Positions 44,963 to 56,819 of a stretch of 64,000 nt of DNA are shown piece by piece. Within the stretch, counting starts at the first letter, position 1. Each line of letters starts with the position of its first letter. Origin of the DNA: a plasmid. The translations under genes and the position numbers were made by a program. Below the pieces are notes generated by a model that saw nothing but the letters and a program-made list of their open reading frames with translations, ran no database searches and was not told where the DNA came from. The DNA is taken from the sequence record NZ_CP099764.1; one strand, given 5' to 3'.

Positions 44963-45319
44963 TATCGGCACTTACACCGACATGCAGATGCCCTCTTCAG
45001 AGCAAAATCCCGCCATGCTTCACAGGGTGCCAGCCGGGCCGCATTCTGCCAGACCTCTGCCGCTTCCCTGAAAAAGCCACGAATCTCCTGACGGACGGCA
45101 TGACGCCCCTCGCGCTGATAGCGATAAATACTGCTGTGTTCAGATAATCCACTGGATACAGCCATTTTTTATCCCTCCTCTTGACCCGACACCCGGATTA
45201 TGTCAGAAACATTATGAAACATCCCTGAACGGTTGGATGTTTTTCTCCATCAAAACTCTGGATGTCTGTTTTCCCGATTTTTTTCGCTGTTGCCCTCTGT
45301 CATACAGAGGGCGCTTTTA

Positions 45320-45877
45320 TTATTCTGCCAGGATCGCCCGCAGCTCATCCTTGATCCGGTTCTGTCTGCGCACCTTTTCCAGGCGCGCCTGCGCATACTG
45401 TTCTTCTTCCTGTGTGATATGTTCTGTCACATAGCCTTCTGTATCATAGCGGCAGGCACCGGCTTTCATGGCGCCAAGATAGCTTTCTGAACGGGTGATG
45501 GCCTTCAGTGCCCTGCGCAGTTTTTTATGAGAGAGCGGGATATTCCGCTGAGACACCTCATCCAGTAAAACTTCCCGGATACCACAGGCAAGAAGCCGGG
45601 GCGTGTTACCGTCAAACAATCCCGGCCACCAGGGTTTCAGAGTGTTCACCGCCTCATCCAGCGAGGGCAGCGTCAGATAAATGGACAGCGCCTGTCTGGC
45701 CTGTGCTTTCTTCGCCGCCAGCTCTGCTTCCCGGGCAGCCTTCTCCGCCAGTTTCTGCTTTTTCACCTTCCATTTTGGTGGCGTGGTGACATTGATGATG
45801 GTTTTCCGGCTCCGGATCGGTGTTTCCCCTTCCGTTTTCCGTTTCAGTGTCAGTACCGGTCGTTTCTGCTCTGTCAT
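45320..45877 (-). CDS. finO: Fertility inhibition protein FinO (RNA chaperone), 185 aa
   Basis: [59 protein letters not shown]... Confidence 0.9.
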   Translation of the reverse strand: MTEQKRPVLTLKRKTEGETPIRSRKTIINVTTPPKWKVKKQKLAEKAAREAELAAKKAQARQALSIYLTLPSLDEAVNTLKPWWPGLFDGNTPRLLACGIREVLLDEVSQRNIPLSHKKLRRALKAITRSESYLGAMKAGACRYDTEGYVTEHITQEEEQYAQARLEKVRRQNRIKDELRAILAE

Positions 45878-45979
45878 GATTGCCCTGACCTTTGTGAAAA
45901 TATGTCCTCCAGGTCGTTGAAACTACTCACTATGATATTAAGCTGACCTCAACGACCTCTGACATATTAATACCGACAA

Positions 45980-46840
45980 TTAAAGATGTTTTTTAAACCA
46001 TTGCGTCTGTACTGCCGCCACACGTTCAAAAAACGCGCCTTCATAAATATCATAATGGCATGCGTCAGCTTCCTCGTATAATTCCTTAGTACCAGAAGCA
46101 ACAGCATCATATAAGGCTCTTCCCTGTTCTGGTGGATTAACACTATCCTGGCCGGCAATAACAACCAAAACTGGGCACTGTACTTTGGCTGCGCTCTCTG
46201 CCGGTTTATATTGCAACGTCTCCATAACCGTAAGGAAAGGTATTTTTATATCCATTTCAGGATACTGACCTTTTACCTTCTCGAAGAATACCTTTGATTC
46301 ATTATCACTCAGTACCCGGGTAACCCCCACAAACATCTCTTTCCCGGTATTTTTCTTCTTTTCTGCCATTTTATTCAGCGTGGACAGAAAAGAAGCTTTC
46401 TCCAGTTCATTCATTTCTCCGGTAACCAGAACCTCACCGTCAGCAAAAGCCAGCTGGCTGACAATACTTTTCACTCTTTTATCCTGCGCAGCTGCATTGA
46501 ATACATGACACCCACCCAGCGATGTTCCCCATAATCCTATACGTTGATTATCAATACATACCTGCTTTTCTGCCCAGTTGATAACTGAAATAATATCTTC
46601 GGTCTGCATTGCCGGAACCAGACGACCTCGTTCCCCTTCACTCTCACCGAATCCACGATAATCAAAAGTAATCGTTGCAAACCCGGCTTCTGTAAACGCA
46701 TTCGCAAAGGAAGGCAGCAGAACATTCCGGATACCGCAAAATCCATGGCATAAGAGAATCAAAGGATGTTTTATATTTCCTTCCGGGACACGAAATGTCA
46801 GGGCAATACCTTCAGGGAGTTTGTGATCCGTAATTTTCAT
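45980..46840 (-). CDS. Alpha/beta-hydrolase (dienelactone-hydrolase-like) of IncF traX-finO interval
   Basis: GxSxG nucleophile elbow GTSLGG; 286 aa. Confidence 0.7.
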   Translation of the reverse strand: MKITDHKLPEGIALTFRVPEGNIKHPLILLCHGFCGIRNVLLPSFANAFTEAGFATITFDYRGFGESEGERGRLVPAMQTEDIISVINWAEKQVCIDNQRIGLWGTSLGGCHVFNAAAQDKRVKSIVSQLAFADGEVLVTGEMNELEKASFLSTLNKMAEKKKNTGKEMFVGVTRVLSDNESKVFFEKVKGQYPEMDIKIPFLTVMETLQYKPAESAAKVQCPVLVVIAGQDSVNPPEQGRALYDAVASGTKELYEEADACHYDIYEGAFFERVAAVQTQWFKKHL

Positions 46841-46898
46841 AAATATCCTGTGTTATGTTGTTTATTAATAAGCAGAATCAGCGCCAGCATCATACCAG

Positions 46899-47645
46899 TC
46901 ACACAGCCAGAACGCCCAGCACAGTAAGATGACAGGCATAGAACGTCGGGAAAAAATCCCCGTACCAGAAACGGGGTAGTGATTTCCCTGTACAGGACAC
47001 CAGACCAACAGTCAGCACCGTCATCACAAGGCCGGCCACCGCCGCTGCATCACTGGTGGCAAGGTTAAGCGCCGGAATAACAGCCAGCAGGCAGGCGACC
47101 AGCGCCAGACGTTCCATTCTGTCTTCCGCCCGGTACAGCCTGTGGCTGACTGCCAGCATCAGCAGCCCGGCAATGCCGTAACTGGTGCCGGAGAAAGGCA
47201 ACCACATTGCCAGAAGCAACATGGCCTCTGCGGAACGCCACCAGGTGCGCGTTTCACACCATGTCAGCACCTGTGCCGCAACTGCAAAGGCAAACAGGAT
47301 ATTCCCCTCATACCAGGGAAAGCCGGCCAGATAATATGCGAACTGGGCAATCACCGCCCATCCCCACAGCCGGTTAATGGCCTCCTGCCGGATATGCGTA
47401 TGACGGGACAGATTCAGCCCCCACACCAGGGCAAACAGCGGAAAGGCCCCACGCCCGACCAGAAACATCCACGACTGGTCCAGATGCAGAATGCGGTTTG
47501 CATGGTCCAGAACCATCAGCACCAGTGCCACCGTTTTGATGATATCCCGCTGTCCGGGTGACCAGACCAGCAACGACTGCAACCAGGTATCGGTCCGGGC
47601 AGCCAGTGAATCATTACGTGTTGTGTTCGTGTTATCCGTTGTCAT
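46899..47645 (-). CDS. traX: F-pilin N-acetylase TraX (248 aa)
   Basis: Polytopic membrane protein at canonical position downstream of traI. Confidence 0.85.
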   Translation of the reverse strand: MTTDNTNTTRNDSLAARTDTWLQSLLVWSPGQRDIIKTVALVLMVLDHANRILHLDQSWMFLVGRGAFPLFALVWGLNLSRHTHIRQEAINRLWGWAVIAQFAYYLAGFPWYEGNILFAFAVAAQVLTWCETRTWWRSAEAMLLLAMWLPFSGTSYGIAGLLMLAVSHRLYRAEDRMERLALVACLLAVIPALNLATSDAAAVAGLVMTVLTVGLVSCTGKSLPRFWYGDFFPTFYACHLTVLGVLAV

Positions 47646-47664
47646 CAGCGTTTATCTTCCTGTG

Positions 47665-50600
47665 TCAGTCTCCGCCCAGGGTTTTCTCTTTCTGCAGGTC
47701 ACGAACCATATCCCGCTCCATCTGCTGCAGTCGCTCCTGCAGCAGATTTTCCCGGGCAACCTCCCGGACCGCTTCCCGCACCCGTTGTGGTTCACGCAGT
47801 ACACTCTCCGGCAGCGCAGCTTCCCGTTCAGATATGGCAGACCTGTCACGCTCCAGCCCGGCAATATCCCTGACAGCCTGCTCTGTTTTGCCGTCCGGCA
47901 GGTCAGGTTTGTTCTCTGCCATTTTACGGACAATTTCATCCGCACGGCGTTCCGTTTCACGGCGGATGGCCTCTTCAGCCTGCCGCTGTGCCAGTACCTC
48001 TGCCGTGACCGGTTCGCCATTTCCGGCTCCCGGCTGAACGCTGTTGTCCGGGATATCCCCCCACACGCGACCACCGGTGATGGTACCGGGATTCCACGGA
48101 CGACCTTCACCGGCGATTCTTACCACCACACCGCTGTCAGGATTATCACGGGCAATCTGGACACCATCCTGCATATTATCAGCCAGCAGGCTCTCTCCGT
48201 TACGGCTGCCCTGCAGGGCCACGAACTGCGCATCCCCGCTGCCTTTCACCCGGCCTTCACCACTGAAGCCCCGCAGCCCGTTTCCGTCATCCGTGGTCAG
48301 CGGGTTCAGCCAGATACCAGCTGACTTGCCGTTACGGTCAAAAGCCGGCAGTGCCACATACGGCTGCGGATATTTGCGCCCGGGTGCAATAAACCGTGCA
48401 GGACTGTCTCCCCCGGCCAGCCCTGCCTGACGGAGAACGGCACGGCCGGCCACCACGTCCCGCAGCTCCCGCGCCGTACTGAACAGCCGCTCTGCATTCA
48501 TGACCTCCCGGTCCGATTTCGGCTCTAGCACATCGTGGGCAGTTCCTTTCTGTACGGCATTGTTAATGGCATCCGTCCAGCCCTGACGGTTATCGGTATA
48601 CACCTGCACATGCTGCTTCATACGCGACAGGGCCACGTAGGCTGACTCAAAACCGGCCATCTGTTTCCGGTTACCTTCCGTGCCTTCAAGCGCAATGGCA
48701 AAGGTTTCACTTGCCCCCTGCGCACCGTGGGCGGTGATGGCATAGGCCAGGTCAATATGTTGCTCTGCCCGCTCCTGACCGGGGCGAATCACCCGGGTCT
48801 GCTGTCCGTCCGACAGCGTGACACTGTCACCGGAAACCGCTGTCACCGTCCAGACGCTGTTGGCCACATAACCGCGCTCCCGGTCACTCTTCGTGAAGCG
48901 CATCCGGTCACCGGTTCCCACCCGGATGGTGTCCGGAGTGTACAGTGTGACGCCTTCAGCCACCGCCTCCCGGGGCGAAATCAGCCGCGTGTTACCTTCC
49001 GCATCCTGCAAGGTTATCAGCCCGTCATCCTTGCTGATACCGGCAATCCGGTGATACACATTATCCACCAGGGCAAGTGCGTCCCGATGTGTCTCCCAGG
49101 TGGAGAGACGACGCAACTCCCCGTCGCGTATATTCGCTGTGTTCAGGACAGGCGCCATGACCTGCTCTTTTCCCAGCTCACCGGCCTTTTCCCGTGCATC
49201 ATGAATCATGCTGTTCAGTACGCGCCGGTCCTCATTCAGATGCGTGACAATCAGCGTCTGCTCCCGTGCTTCCGGCGTCCTGCCGGTATAATCGCGGACA
49301 ATGGCTTCATACAGTGTCATGGGAATATCCGGAAAAGCCTCACCTTTCAGCATCGCCTTCTGCTGCGCTTCTGCCAGTTTCGCTTCCTGGCTGTGACTGA
49401 ACTCCGTCACGGAGTGCTCCGGTACCCATGCGCCCTCCTGACGTGGCACCTGAGACGGTTTCACACTCTCAAGCCCGGACAGTGCCCTTTCCACATCCCG
49501 GTTAATCAGGCTGTATACCGCCTCCCGCAGCTCCGGCGTCTGGCGCACAATCTCCTTCATGATGGCCACATCGGCAGCACTGCGCGTCTGCTGGAGACGG
49601 AAAGGCTGACCGGGCGCGATGGCCTGCAACTGGTCCGTGTCACCACTGGCCACGGCACGACCGCCACCGGCCGCAATCAGGGCGTATGCCCGTGCCATGT
49701 CGGTATTGCCCACCATAGAGCTCTCATCGAGCAGGAACAGCGTGTTGCTGAAATTCGGCGTTTCTCCGCTGCGCTGCAGCAGCTGCGTGTCATGCAGAAA
49801 GGACGCCAGCGTCTGTGCATCCACGCCGGCGCTGCGCATCTCACCGACCGCACGGTGCGTGGGCCCCAGCCCCACGACACGGGGACGTTCACTCTCCGGC
49901 AGCATGTTCACGGCTGACATCACCGCCCGGAACTGTGTGGTCTTACCCACACCGGCATAGCCCTGCACCACCGTGAAACGGTCGGACGTTTCCAGTATCA
50001 TGCGGGTAGCGGCACGCTGTCCTGATGTCAGTTTCTCCATGAGTTCGCCAGGTACTCTCTCCATCAGTGGCGTGACCGCCTCCTTACCTTCGAGAATATG
50101 GCGAAGAATGCTCTTTTCTGCCTCATACGACGCACGGGAAACCAGCAGGCCTGTGCCATAGCCTTTTGCCACATCCACATACAGTAAATCACCGCGTTTT
50201 ATCTGCGCATTGATTTCCCCTCCCAGTTCAGTAAAACTGGTTCCTTCTGCAGCAAACGACTTCGCCTCTGTCAGCAGGTCCACCATGCTGAAGGCCAGGT
50301 TTTTACTTTCCACCACAGGAAGCGCCAGATGAATAGCCTGCTGTGCCGGCGTGTGAAGCCCGGTTTTCTGCAGACTGATAGCGGTTTCCAGCAATGTCTC
50401 ACCGGCACGTGCCTTTATCTGCTCAGAAACCACCGTAAAGGAGGGATGGCGGGCAAGTTTTTCCGCAGTACGGGTTTCATCCAGTGAGGAATACAGCCGG
50501 ACATCACGACCGCTGCGGGCCAGACCGTTCAGGGTGGCGTTGTCCATTGCCATCTGTGTGACGGAGGCAAAAACCTTCGCACTGTCGCTGACGGAATGCC

Positions 50601-52935
50601 CAGGCGTTTCCACCCAGCCGTTCTCCAGCTTCAGTGCCATGAATGGTGAATCGCTCACAGGCAGGGTGGCCGGTTCAGCCCGCCCCGGCACAACAACCGT
50701 CATCGCATCTTCACTGACGGATGCCACCTGCAGGCGGTCACCGCCGGAGACGCGGAGTCCGGGAATTTTCCCTGTCACCCTCAGTCGCTCGCCGTCTGCC
50801 ACTGGCATTTTTTCCGGCCGGAACAGCGACCAGCTGCTGTCCAGGGAGGAAATACGCACCACCTGCGTTTCACCCTGCGCATCCCGCAGGGTCAGGCTGT
50901 TACTCTGCGCCGTCACCCGGTCGATAACATAGCGGTCATGACTGCGTGTCTCCGGGTTCCACTGCTCCATCACCATCCCCGGACGGTACATATCCCGCAG
51001 ATAACGGCTCCGGCTGTCCAGCCAGACCGGCGACAGGGCGGTCATGGTTACCTCCGGGCGTCCGAGCACGCCCTGTGTTTTCAGCTCACTGCGAATGGCC
51101 TGTGTCAGTATGGCCTGTTCCCGTACCCCGCTGACCTGTGCCACGCTCTCTTCTCCGGCTTTCACGCTGGCAGCAAAATCTCCTGCCAGCCGGGCATAGC
51201 GGACATTACGGTCCGGTTCACTGATGATGGTGGCCGGCCGCTGTTCTCCCCCCTGCCAGCGATATGTGTTCACCCCGGCATCTTTCATGGCCATCAGTGC
51301 ACTGCCTGTACCGGTTCGCTGCCCGCTGTCGGTTATCAGGACCTGTACGTTATGACGTGCGGCACCGTCCAGCAGGGTTAACGTCTCTTTCAGGGAGAGT
51401 TTTTCGCCCTGGTCAACGATAACAGTATTGCCCGGCGTGAAGGCCATGCCCTCCTGCAGCTGACGACGTCCGGTTATCAGCTCACCGGACAGCCGTTCAT
51501 CCTGCTTCAGGTTCATCTGCGAGCGACGGTCAGCGGCGATAATCTGCACCTCCCGCCCCTGCTCCCGGGCCATCATGACCAGCTCCGCCACCCGCTCACG
51601 CTGCCCGGCTGCACCGCCCTGCCCGGACACAATAGCCAGCGACGGGCGATCCTGTGCCAGAACACTGACCGCATCGCTGTAACCGGCCGTCCGGGGGACA
51701 CTTTTCTCCGGATGTACGGTCACCCGGTTCTGTTTCATGATGTCACGACTGAGTGCCCGGACTGACAGCTCATCGAGCACATGAATCCCGGACGTGAACA
51801 GCCCCTTCTCACGATCGAGGGGGATAAGCTGCTCACGGCTGATGGCCTCATCGATACCGGCGCGTGCCCGTTCAATCACACCATTTTCCGGCGGCAGTAT
51901 GCCGACCGTTCTGGCCAGCACGTCAGTGTACGTAAACTGCACTTTGCGTTCACTTAATCCGGCAATGGCCTGTGTCACCGCCTGCTGCACATCCGGCCCG
52001 TCCTGTGAAGCGGGTCCGGGCGTCTGCGTGCGGGTCTCCGCCCGTTGGTCCGCCGCGTCACGATACGCCCGGATGTCGAACCCGGTTTCCTTCAGCGTCT
52101 GCATCCATTCAGCCATTCTGACTTCAGGATCGACGTGCTGTTTGGATTTTCGCGTATCCAGTGCCGCCACATCCCGGGATTTCAGCGAGGCGTCTTCCCC
52201 GACGGCCTCCCGGATAGCCTGTGAGCGTCCGGAGAAGGCCTCCACCGGTACGCCCGGCATCTCCCACATACCGTGCTTACCAACCACTTCCGTTTCATAG
52301 CCCAGCGCCTCAACCTGCTCTTTCAGTTTTTCCCGGTAGAGCCTGCCGAAGGCAATCTGATTAGCGTACACATTCTCAATGAACCCCGTTTTCCCCACTT
52401 TGTCACTGCTCAGTGTCTTCCACTCGCCGTTATGCTGCGTGACATTGGCCACTACCGCATGTGTGTGTAACTGTGGTTCCTGATCGCGACTGGTGTCGTG
52501 GTTAAACAGTGCCATCACCAGATTACCGGTCAGCACCGTTTCTGACTGTCCGTCCGTCATAACCCGTGTGGAAGCCAGCGCCTCCACCTGACGGACAGCA
52601 AAATCCACGGCCTGGTTATGTGCATCAATAAGACGTTTATCACCGCCTAACATGGCCATCACGGAGACACTTTTGGGGGCGGAGAAGGTCAGGTCGTAGC
52701 CGGGACGATGCTTATTACTGCCATCCTGCATGCGGCTTAAATCCGCTCCGTCCGGCAGCTTCCCCTCCAGAAGACGGGTAAAAACATCCTTATCGACGCT
52801 GCCCTGCAGCCCCAGCTGTTCAGCCCCCCTGCCGGCCCAGCGTTCTCCCATGCTGCCCAGCACATAGTAATTATCCTTGTCGGTATAATAGTTACCGGCA
52901 CTTCCGGCCGATCTGACCTGCGCGATACTCATCAT
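47665..52935 (-). CDS. traI: Conjugative relaxase/helicase TraI (about 1756 aa from MMSIAQVRSAG...; longest ORF extends to 52956)
   Basis: MMSIAQVRSAGSAGNYYTDKDNYYVLGSMGERWAG... relaxase N-terminus, helicase Walker motifs, 5.3-kb ORF. Confidence 0.95.
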   Translation of the reverse strand: MMSIAQVRSAGSAGNYYTDKDNYYVLGSMGERWAGRGAEQLGLQGSVDKDVFTRLLEGKLPDGADLSRMQDGSNKHRPGYDLTFSAPKSVSVMAMLGGDKRLIDAHNQAVDFAVRQVEALASTRVMTDGQSETVLTGNLVMALFNHDTSRDQEPQLHTHAVVANVTQHNGEWKTLSSDKVGKTGFIENVYANQIAFGRLYREKLKEQVEALGYETEVVGKHGMWEMPGVPVEAFSGRSQAIREAVGEDASLKSRDVAALDTRKSKQHVDPEVRMAEWMQTLKETGFDIRAYRDAADQRAETRTQTPGPASQDGPDVQQAVTQAIAGLSERKVQFTYTDVLARTVGILPPENGVIERARAGIDEAISREQLIPLDREKGLFTSGIHVLDELSVRALSRDIMKQNRVTVHPEKSVPRTAGYSDAVSVLAQDRPSLAIVSGQGGAAGQRERVAELVMMAREQGREVQIIAADRRSQMNLKQDERLSGELITGRRQLQEGMAFTPGNTVIVDQGEKLSLKETLTLLDGAARHNVQVLITDSGQRTGTGSALMAMKDAGVNTYRWQGGEQRPATIISEPDRNVRYARLAGDFAASVKAGEESVAQVSGVREQAILTQAIRSELKTQGVLGRPEVTMTALSPVWLDSRSRYLRDMYRPGMVMEQWNPETRSHDRYVIDRVTAQSNSLTLRDAQGETQVVRISSLDSSWSLFRPEKMPVADGERLRVTGKIPGLRVSGGDRLQVASVSEDAMTVVVPGRAEPATLPVSDSPFMALKLENGWVETPGHSVSDSAKVFASVTQMAMDNATLNGLARSGRDVRLYSSLDETRTAEKLARHPSFTVVSEQIKARAGETLLETAISLQKTGLHTPAQQAIHLALPVVESKNLAFSMVDLLTEAKSFAAEGTSFTELGGEINAQIKRGDLLYVDVAKGYGTGLLVSRASYEAEKSILRHILEGKEAVTPLMERVPGELMEKLTSGQRAATRMILETSDRFTVVQGYAGVGKTTQFRAVMSAVNMLPESERPRVVGLGPTHRAVGEMRSAGVDAQTLASFLHDTQLLQRSGETPNFSNTLFLLDESSMVGNTDMARAYALIAAGGGRAVASGDTDQLQAIAPGQPFRLQQTRSAADVAIMKEIVRQTPELREAVYSLINRDVERALSGLESVKPSQVPRQEGAWVPEHSVTEFSHSQEAKLAEAQQKAMLKGEAFPDIPMTLYEAIVRDYTGRTPEAREQTLIVTHLNEDRRVLNSMIHDAREKAGELGKEQVMAPVLNTANIRDGELRRLSTWETHRDALALVDNVYHRIAGISKDDGLITLQDAEGNTRLISPREAVAEGVTLYTPDTIRVGTGDRMRFTKSDRERGYVANSVWTVTAVSGDSVTLSDGQQTRVIRPGQERAEQHIDLAYAITAHGAQGASETFAIALEGTEGNRKQMAGFESAYVALSRMKQHVQVYTDNRQGWTDAINNAVQKGTAHDVLEPKSDREVMNAERLFSTARELRDVVAGRAVLRQAGLAGGDSPARFIAPGRKYPQPYVALPAFDRNGKSAGIWLNPLTTDDGNGLRGFSGEGRVKGSGDAQFVALQGSRNGESLLADNMQDGVQIARDNPDSGVVVRIAGEGRPWNPGTITGGRVWGDIPDNSVQPGAGNGEPVTAEVLAQRQAEEAIRRETERRADEIVRKMAENKPDLPDGKTEQAVRDIAGLERDRSAISEREAALPESVLREPQRVREAVREVARENLLQERLQQMERDMVRDLQKEKTLGGD

Positions 52936-53016
52936 AAACGTATATCCCTTTGACATATCCCGGTATCAATCCCACAATGGATATACACAAGACATATCCA
53001 CATAAGGAGGCAAATA

Positions 53017-53244
53017 ATGGAAACCACCGTATTTTTCAGCAACCGCAGCCAGGCGGTCAGACTGCCAAAAGCGGTTGCATTGCCGGAAAACGTAAAACGC
53101 GTTGAAGTGATTGCTGTCGGACGAACCAGAATCATTACGCCAGCCGGAGAGACATGGGACGAATGGTTCGACGGACACAACGTCAGCGCCGATTTTATGG
53201 ATAACAGGGAACAGCCCGGCATGCAGGAAAGGGAGTCATTCTGA
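53017..53244 (+). CDS. vagC: VapB/VagC antitoxin (AbrB/SpoVT-type), 75 aa
   Basis: METTVFFSNRSQAVRLPKAVALPENVKRVEVIAVGRTRIITPAG...; ATGA overlap with vagD. Confidence 0.8.
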   Translation: METTVFFSNRSQAVRLPKAVALPENVKRVEVIAVGRTRIITPAGETWDEWFDGHNVSADFMDNREQPGMQERESF

Positions 53245-53642
53245 TGCTGAAGTTTATGCTCGATACCAACATCTGCATTTTCACGATAAAGAACAAACCC
53301 GCCAGCGTCAGGGAGCGTTTTAACCTGAACCAGGGGAGAATGTGTATCAGTTCGGTCACCCTGATGGAGCTGATATATGGTGCAGAAAAAAGCCAGATGC
53401 CTGAACGTAATCTCGCTGTGATCGAGGGATTTGTTTCCCGCATTGATGTTCTGGATTACGACGCTGCCGCAGCCACACACAGCGGCCAGATAAGAGCAGA
53501 ACTTGCCCGTCAGGGACGCCCTGTCGGGCCATTTGATCAAATGATCGCAGGTCATGCCCGCAGTCGGGGACTGATTATTGTGACTAATAACACCCGGGAA
53601 TTTGAACGTGTGGACGGTCTGAGAATTGAAGACTGGAGCTGA
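53244..53642 (+). CDS. vagD: VapC/VagD PIN-domain toxin, 132 aa
   Basis: MLKFMLDTNICIF... PIN acidic residues; operon with vagC. Confidence 0.8.
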   Translation: MLKFMLDTNICIFTIKNKPASVRERFNLNQGRMCISSVTLMELIYGAEKSQMPERNLAVIEGFVSRIDVLDYDAAAATHSGQIRAELARQGRPVGPFDQMIAGHARSRGLIIVTNNTREFERVDGLRIEDWS

Positions 53643-53650
53643 CCTGTTCA

Positions 53651-55804
53651 TCAGAAATCATCTCCCGGCTCAACATCCTCCCCGCGCTCCCGGTGCACAT
53701 TGATGTTCACCTCTTCACGACGCTGCATCTTCTGCTGGATATCCGGATTCTGCTCCCGTTGCCATGCCTCATAAACGGCCATATCCACCACTTCACCGGA
53801 TTCACTGATCCCGGGTGGCAGTTGCTGTTCCATCTCTTCTTCCGGTTTCATTTTCAGCTCCTGCTCGATCCCCCCTGCCGGAACATTCACACCTGCATCT
53901 GACTTCTTATCGTTGATGGCAGGAGACACCGGCTGTTGCGGCTGTTCAGCCTGAGTCACGTCTTCTCCGGAAACAACCTCCGGGACATCCGGTTCGAAGA
54001 GGCTGGCCATCTGACGACCTTCTGCTTCCCTTGCGGCAAGTACGGCACTCAGACGGTTCTCCATTTCCGGGTTGATGTCACGCGGAATAAACTCCGGAGC
54101 GACCTTCGGTCGTGTCTGATATTTCAGGGAGAGTTTTACTGCCGGATACGGTCCGGGCAGGGTGACATAACAGGTCAGATCCGGCAGAGACTGAATGTCG
54201 GAATAACTGACCAGCGTCTGACGCTCCATATCCTTACCGGTCGATACCCCGTCACGTACCGGATCAGCACCGTAGGAATACTGCTCGCTGGCTTTCAGGT
54301 GCTCTTTCTCACCAATTTCACCGGCAGCGAACTCTGCAATCTTATGGCTGGGAGAACGGAAAAAGGCACGGGTGTTCATGACGTCAAACAGCGTGGCAGC
54401 CGCTTTCTCACCGTAGATATCTTCCAGCTGGGCATAGGACTGGATACCAAACACATAACAGCCACCGAACTTACGGGCTTCCGGCAGGATCTCCACCAGG
54501 TCCGGCAGTTTGTGTAACGTGGGTAACTCGTCACAGAAAAACCACACACGACGGTTACGGTTTTCTCCCATTGCCAGCAGACCACGAATAGCAATGGACA
54601 GCCACATGGAGATCACCGGCTTCAGGGAGGCATGGGTGTCGGCGTTCGACGAAATAAACAGCCAGCCGTTTTTCTGATCTTCCCGGACACCACGCATCCA
54701 GTCACGGATGGTGAAGGGCTCACCGTTATGCTCAATCCCCTGCAGGTAACGGATGGCTTTCACGTAGTTGGTCAGCACAGCACGGATGGATATGGCCGTT
54801 TTCTCGATTTTCTCTTCCACCAGGTTGGCCGCCGGTGAATTACGCAGGAAGGTACGCAGCTTTTCAATTTTGATGGAAAGCAGTGTGTCCACCAGTTTGC
54901 TGTAGCTGCGGTTGGGGTCATTACGCATCAGGTATGCCGCTTCCGCAAAAATGGTACGTCCTGAACCCTGCCAGAACGGGTCCTCTTTTGTCCCCATCGG
55001 GATCAGAGTATTTGCGGTATTATCAAAATCTGGCTGTGTCAGGCACTCCTTCCACAAATCCCAGGCAGCACAGCGTGCATCCAGCGGATTCAGGATTTTA
55101 TCGATGGAGGGATCATAGTAACTTTTAACAAATTCCCCCGAACGGTCATAAATCACCACCATATCACCACGCTGACGGGCGTAGTTGGCCAGACGACGGA
55201 TAACCTCCGACTTACCGGCCCCGACAGTGCCGTGCAGACAGAAGTTCTGGATTTCAGAATCCCGGATAATCGGCAGATCGCCAATCCGGATATCGGAATC
55301 CTTGCCATCTTTTTTCAGCATCCTGGCCACCTCTTTCGGATTGTCAGTCAGCTGACGACCACCTGTGATTTCATTTTCGCTCTGTTGTTTACCCTGACGC
55401 CCCAGAATCCAGGAGACAACAAAGAAGGTGATCAGGCAGATAACCAGGGCCACGACAGACGCCAGAACGAATGCCGACCATAACTGCTCACCGCACCAGA
55501 TCATATATTTATCATGCAGTACCTGAGCCGCGTTCATCCGGAAGGTTTTGCCGTAATACTGGATCTCATAGACCGGCTGGGACCTGATTAAATCCCGCAT
55601 GCCTTCCAGCGTGGTGCACCACCAGTAAATGCAGCCATTCACAAACGTCTGCCAGCTTATTTTTACCCATAAAACCAGACCAACTAGGATCCAGAAAAAA
55701 ATAAACAGGCAGTAAAGTATGATATTGGCGATCTGACTGAACATGCGGATACGCATGGACGCAATCTGACCGCCCTGGGTCATATCCTTTGCGTTAAAAC
55801 TCAT
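53651..55804 (-). CDS. traD: Type IV coupling protein TraD (717 aa)
   Basis: N-terminal TM helices, Walker [11 protein letters not shown]-rich C-terminal tail ending ...EPGDDF. Confidence 0.95.
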   Translation of the reverse strand: MSFNAKDMTQGGQIASMRIRMFSQIANIILYCLFIFFWILVGLVLWVKISWQTFVNGCIYWWCTTLEGMRDLIRSQPVYEIQYYGKTFRMNAAQVLHDKYMIWCGEQLWSAFVLASVVALVICLITFFVVSWILGRQGKQQSENEITGGRQLTDNPKEVARMLKKDGKDSDIRIGDLPIIRDSEIQNFCLHGTVGAGKSEVIRRLANYARQRGDMVVIYDRSGEFVKSYYDPSIDKILNPLDARCAAWDLWKECLTQPDFDNTANTLIPMGTKEDPFWQGSGRTIFAEAAYLMRNDPNRSYSKLVDTLLSIKIEKLRTFLRNSPAANLVEEKIEKTAISIRAVLTNYVKAIRYLQGIEHNGEPFTIRDWMRGVREDQKNGWLFISSNADTHASLKPVISMWLSIAIRGLLAMGENRNRRVWFFCDELPTLHKLPDLVEILPEARKFGGCYVFGIQSYAQLEDIYGEKAAATLFDVMNTRAFFRSPSHKIAEFAAGEIGEKEHLKASEQYSYGADPVRDGVSTGKDMERQTLVSYSDIQSLPDLTCYVTLPGPYPAVKLSLKYQTRPKVAPEFIPRDINPEMENRLSAVLAAREAEGRQMASLFEPDVPEVVSGEDVTQAEQPQQPVSPAINDKKSDAGVNVPAGGIEQELKMKPEEEMEQQLPPGISESGEVVDMAVYEAWQREQNPDIQQKMQRREEVNINVHRERGEDVEPGDDF

Positions 55805-56056
55805 GATGATATTCTGAAGAAAGAAAGTCAGTCGGACTGATTATTAATGATGAAAAGATTAATAACCGTTAAATTCCGGCTTCGCCGGCAACACTTCACG
55901 GTCGCACAAAGAATTTGCACAACCGCTCAGTGTTTTCATATTTATTTCGGAAACGCCGGGGAGAAATAAAATTTATTTTATTTCTCCCCGGGGTTGGACA
56001 ACGAGCAAAGCGAGGCGTCAGTCAGGAGGCCGGTCAGACCAGCCTCCGGAAGATAA

Positions 56057-56788
56057 TCAGAGAATATTTGCGATTGATTTGGCCAGCTGGTCTTCGAGAA
56101 CAGGCTTCGCCTCTTCAAATTTCAGGTTAACCTTGTTCGCATTTGAGACCACACGGGTCTGGTATTTATGCTGGTTACCTGTTTCAGTACTGGTCTGAAT
56201 TTTCGCACCTGATGTGCCCTGACGCAGGGCGGCAACATTATCCGTTGTCACCGTTGCCTTAGTACGCTCTGCAATCTGCACATCCGTGATCATGGTATAG
56301 TTCACATCTTCCACCATCGCATCTGCAGCCATACCCACCAGACCGGCAGCAAGGCCCACACCGAGTGTGGCACCGGCAGAATTGGAATTATATCCGGTGA
56401 TACCGGCACCTAACGCTGCACCAACTGCTGCGCCTTCATAACCACGGTTCAGCCATCCCTGAGACTCCCGCAGATCCATCTTATCGGCCTTCAGCACATT
56501 CGCCTGAATCCAGTAGTAGGCTTTATCCGGAGAAGTCACCACCTGATACCCTTTTGCTTTCACAGCATCAGCAATTTTGCCCTGCAGCCCACTCATGTCT
56601 TTATCAGACGTGTTTTTGATCTGCAGAAATACCGTGCGTTCGCTGGCGGGTTCAAGCCAGATGGTCTCACTCATCTGAGTCTTCACCTCAAGGTTACGCT
56701 TCTTGATTGCTGTGCTCATCGCACCACACCCTGAAAGGGCCAGAGTGGAACTGACCAGTGTAACCATCATCAATTTTTTTGTTTTCAT
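56057..56788 (-). CDS. traT: Surface exclusion / serum-resistance lipoprotein TraT (243 aa)
   Basis: [47 protein letters not shown]... Confidence 0.95.
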   Translation of the reverse strand: MKTKKLMMVTLVSSTLALSGCGAMSTAIKKRNLEVKTQMSETIWLEPASERTVFLQIKNTSDKDMSGLQGKIADAVKAKGYQVVTSPDKAYYWIQANVLKADKMDLRESQGWLNRGYEGAAVGAALGAGITGYNSNSAGATLGVGLAAGLVGMAADAMVEDVNYTMITDVQIAERTKATVTTDNVAALRQGTSGAKIQTSTETGNQHKYQTRVVSNANKVNLKFEEAKPVLEDQLAKSIANIL

Positions 56789-56819
56789 CAAATTACCTTT
56801 TTTACAAACTACAGTTTTC

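Noticed and set aside
47491-52470. Many plus-strand ORFs (up to 396 aa) opposite traI
   Set aside because: Nested in the 5.3-kb traI gene; low-complexity Arg/Pro/Ser-rich translations.
52932-53651. 239-aa minus-strand ORF spanning the vagCD region
   Set aside because: Overlaps the well-supported vagC/vagD pair on the other strand; no homology features.
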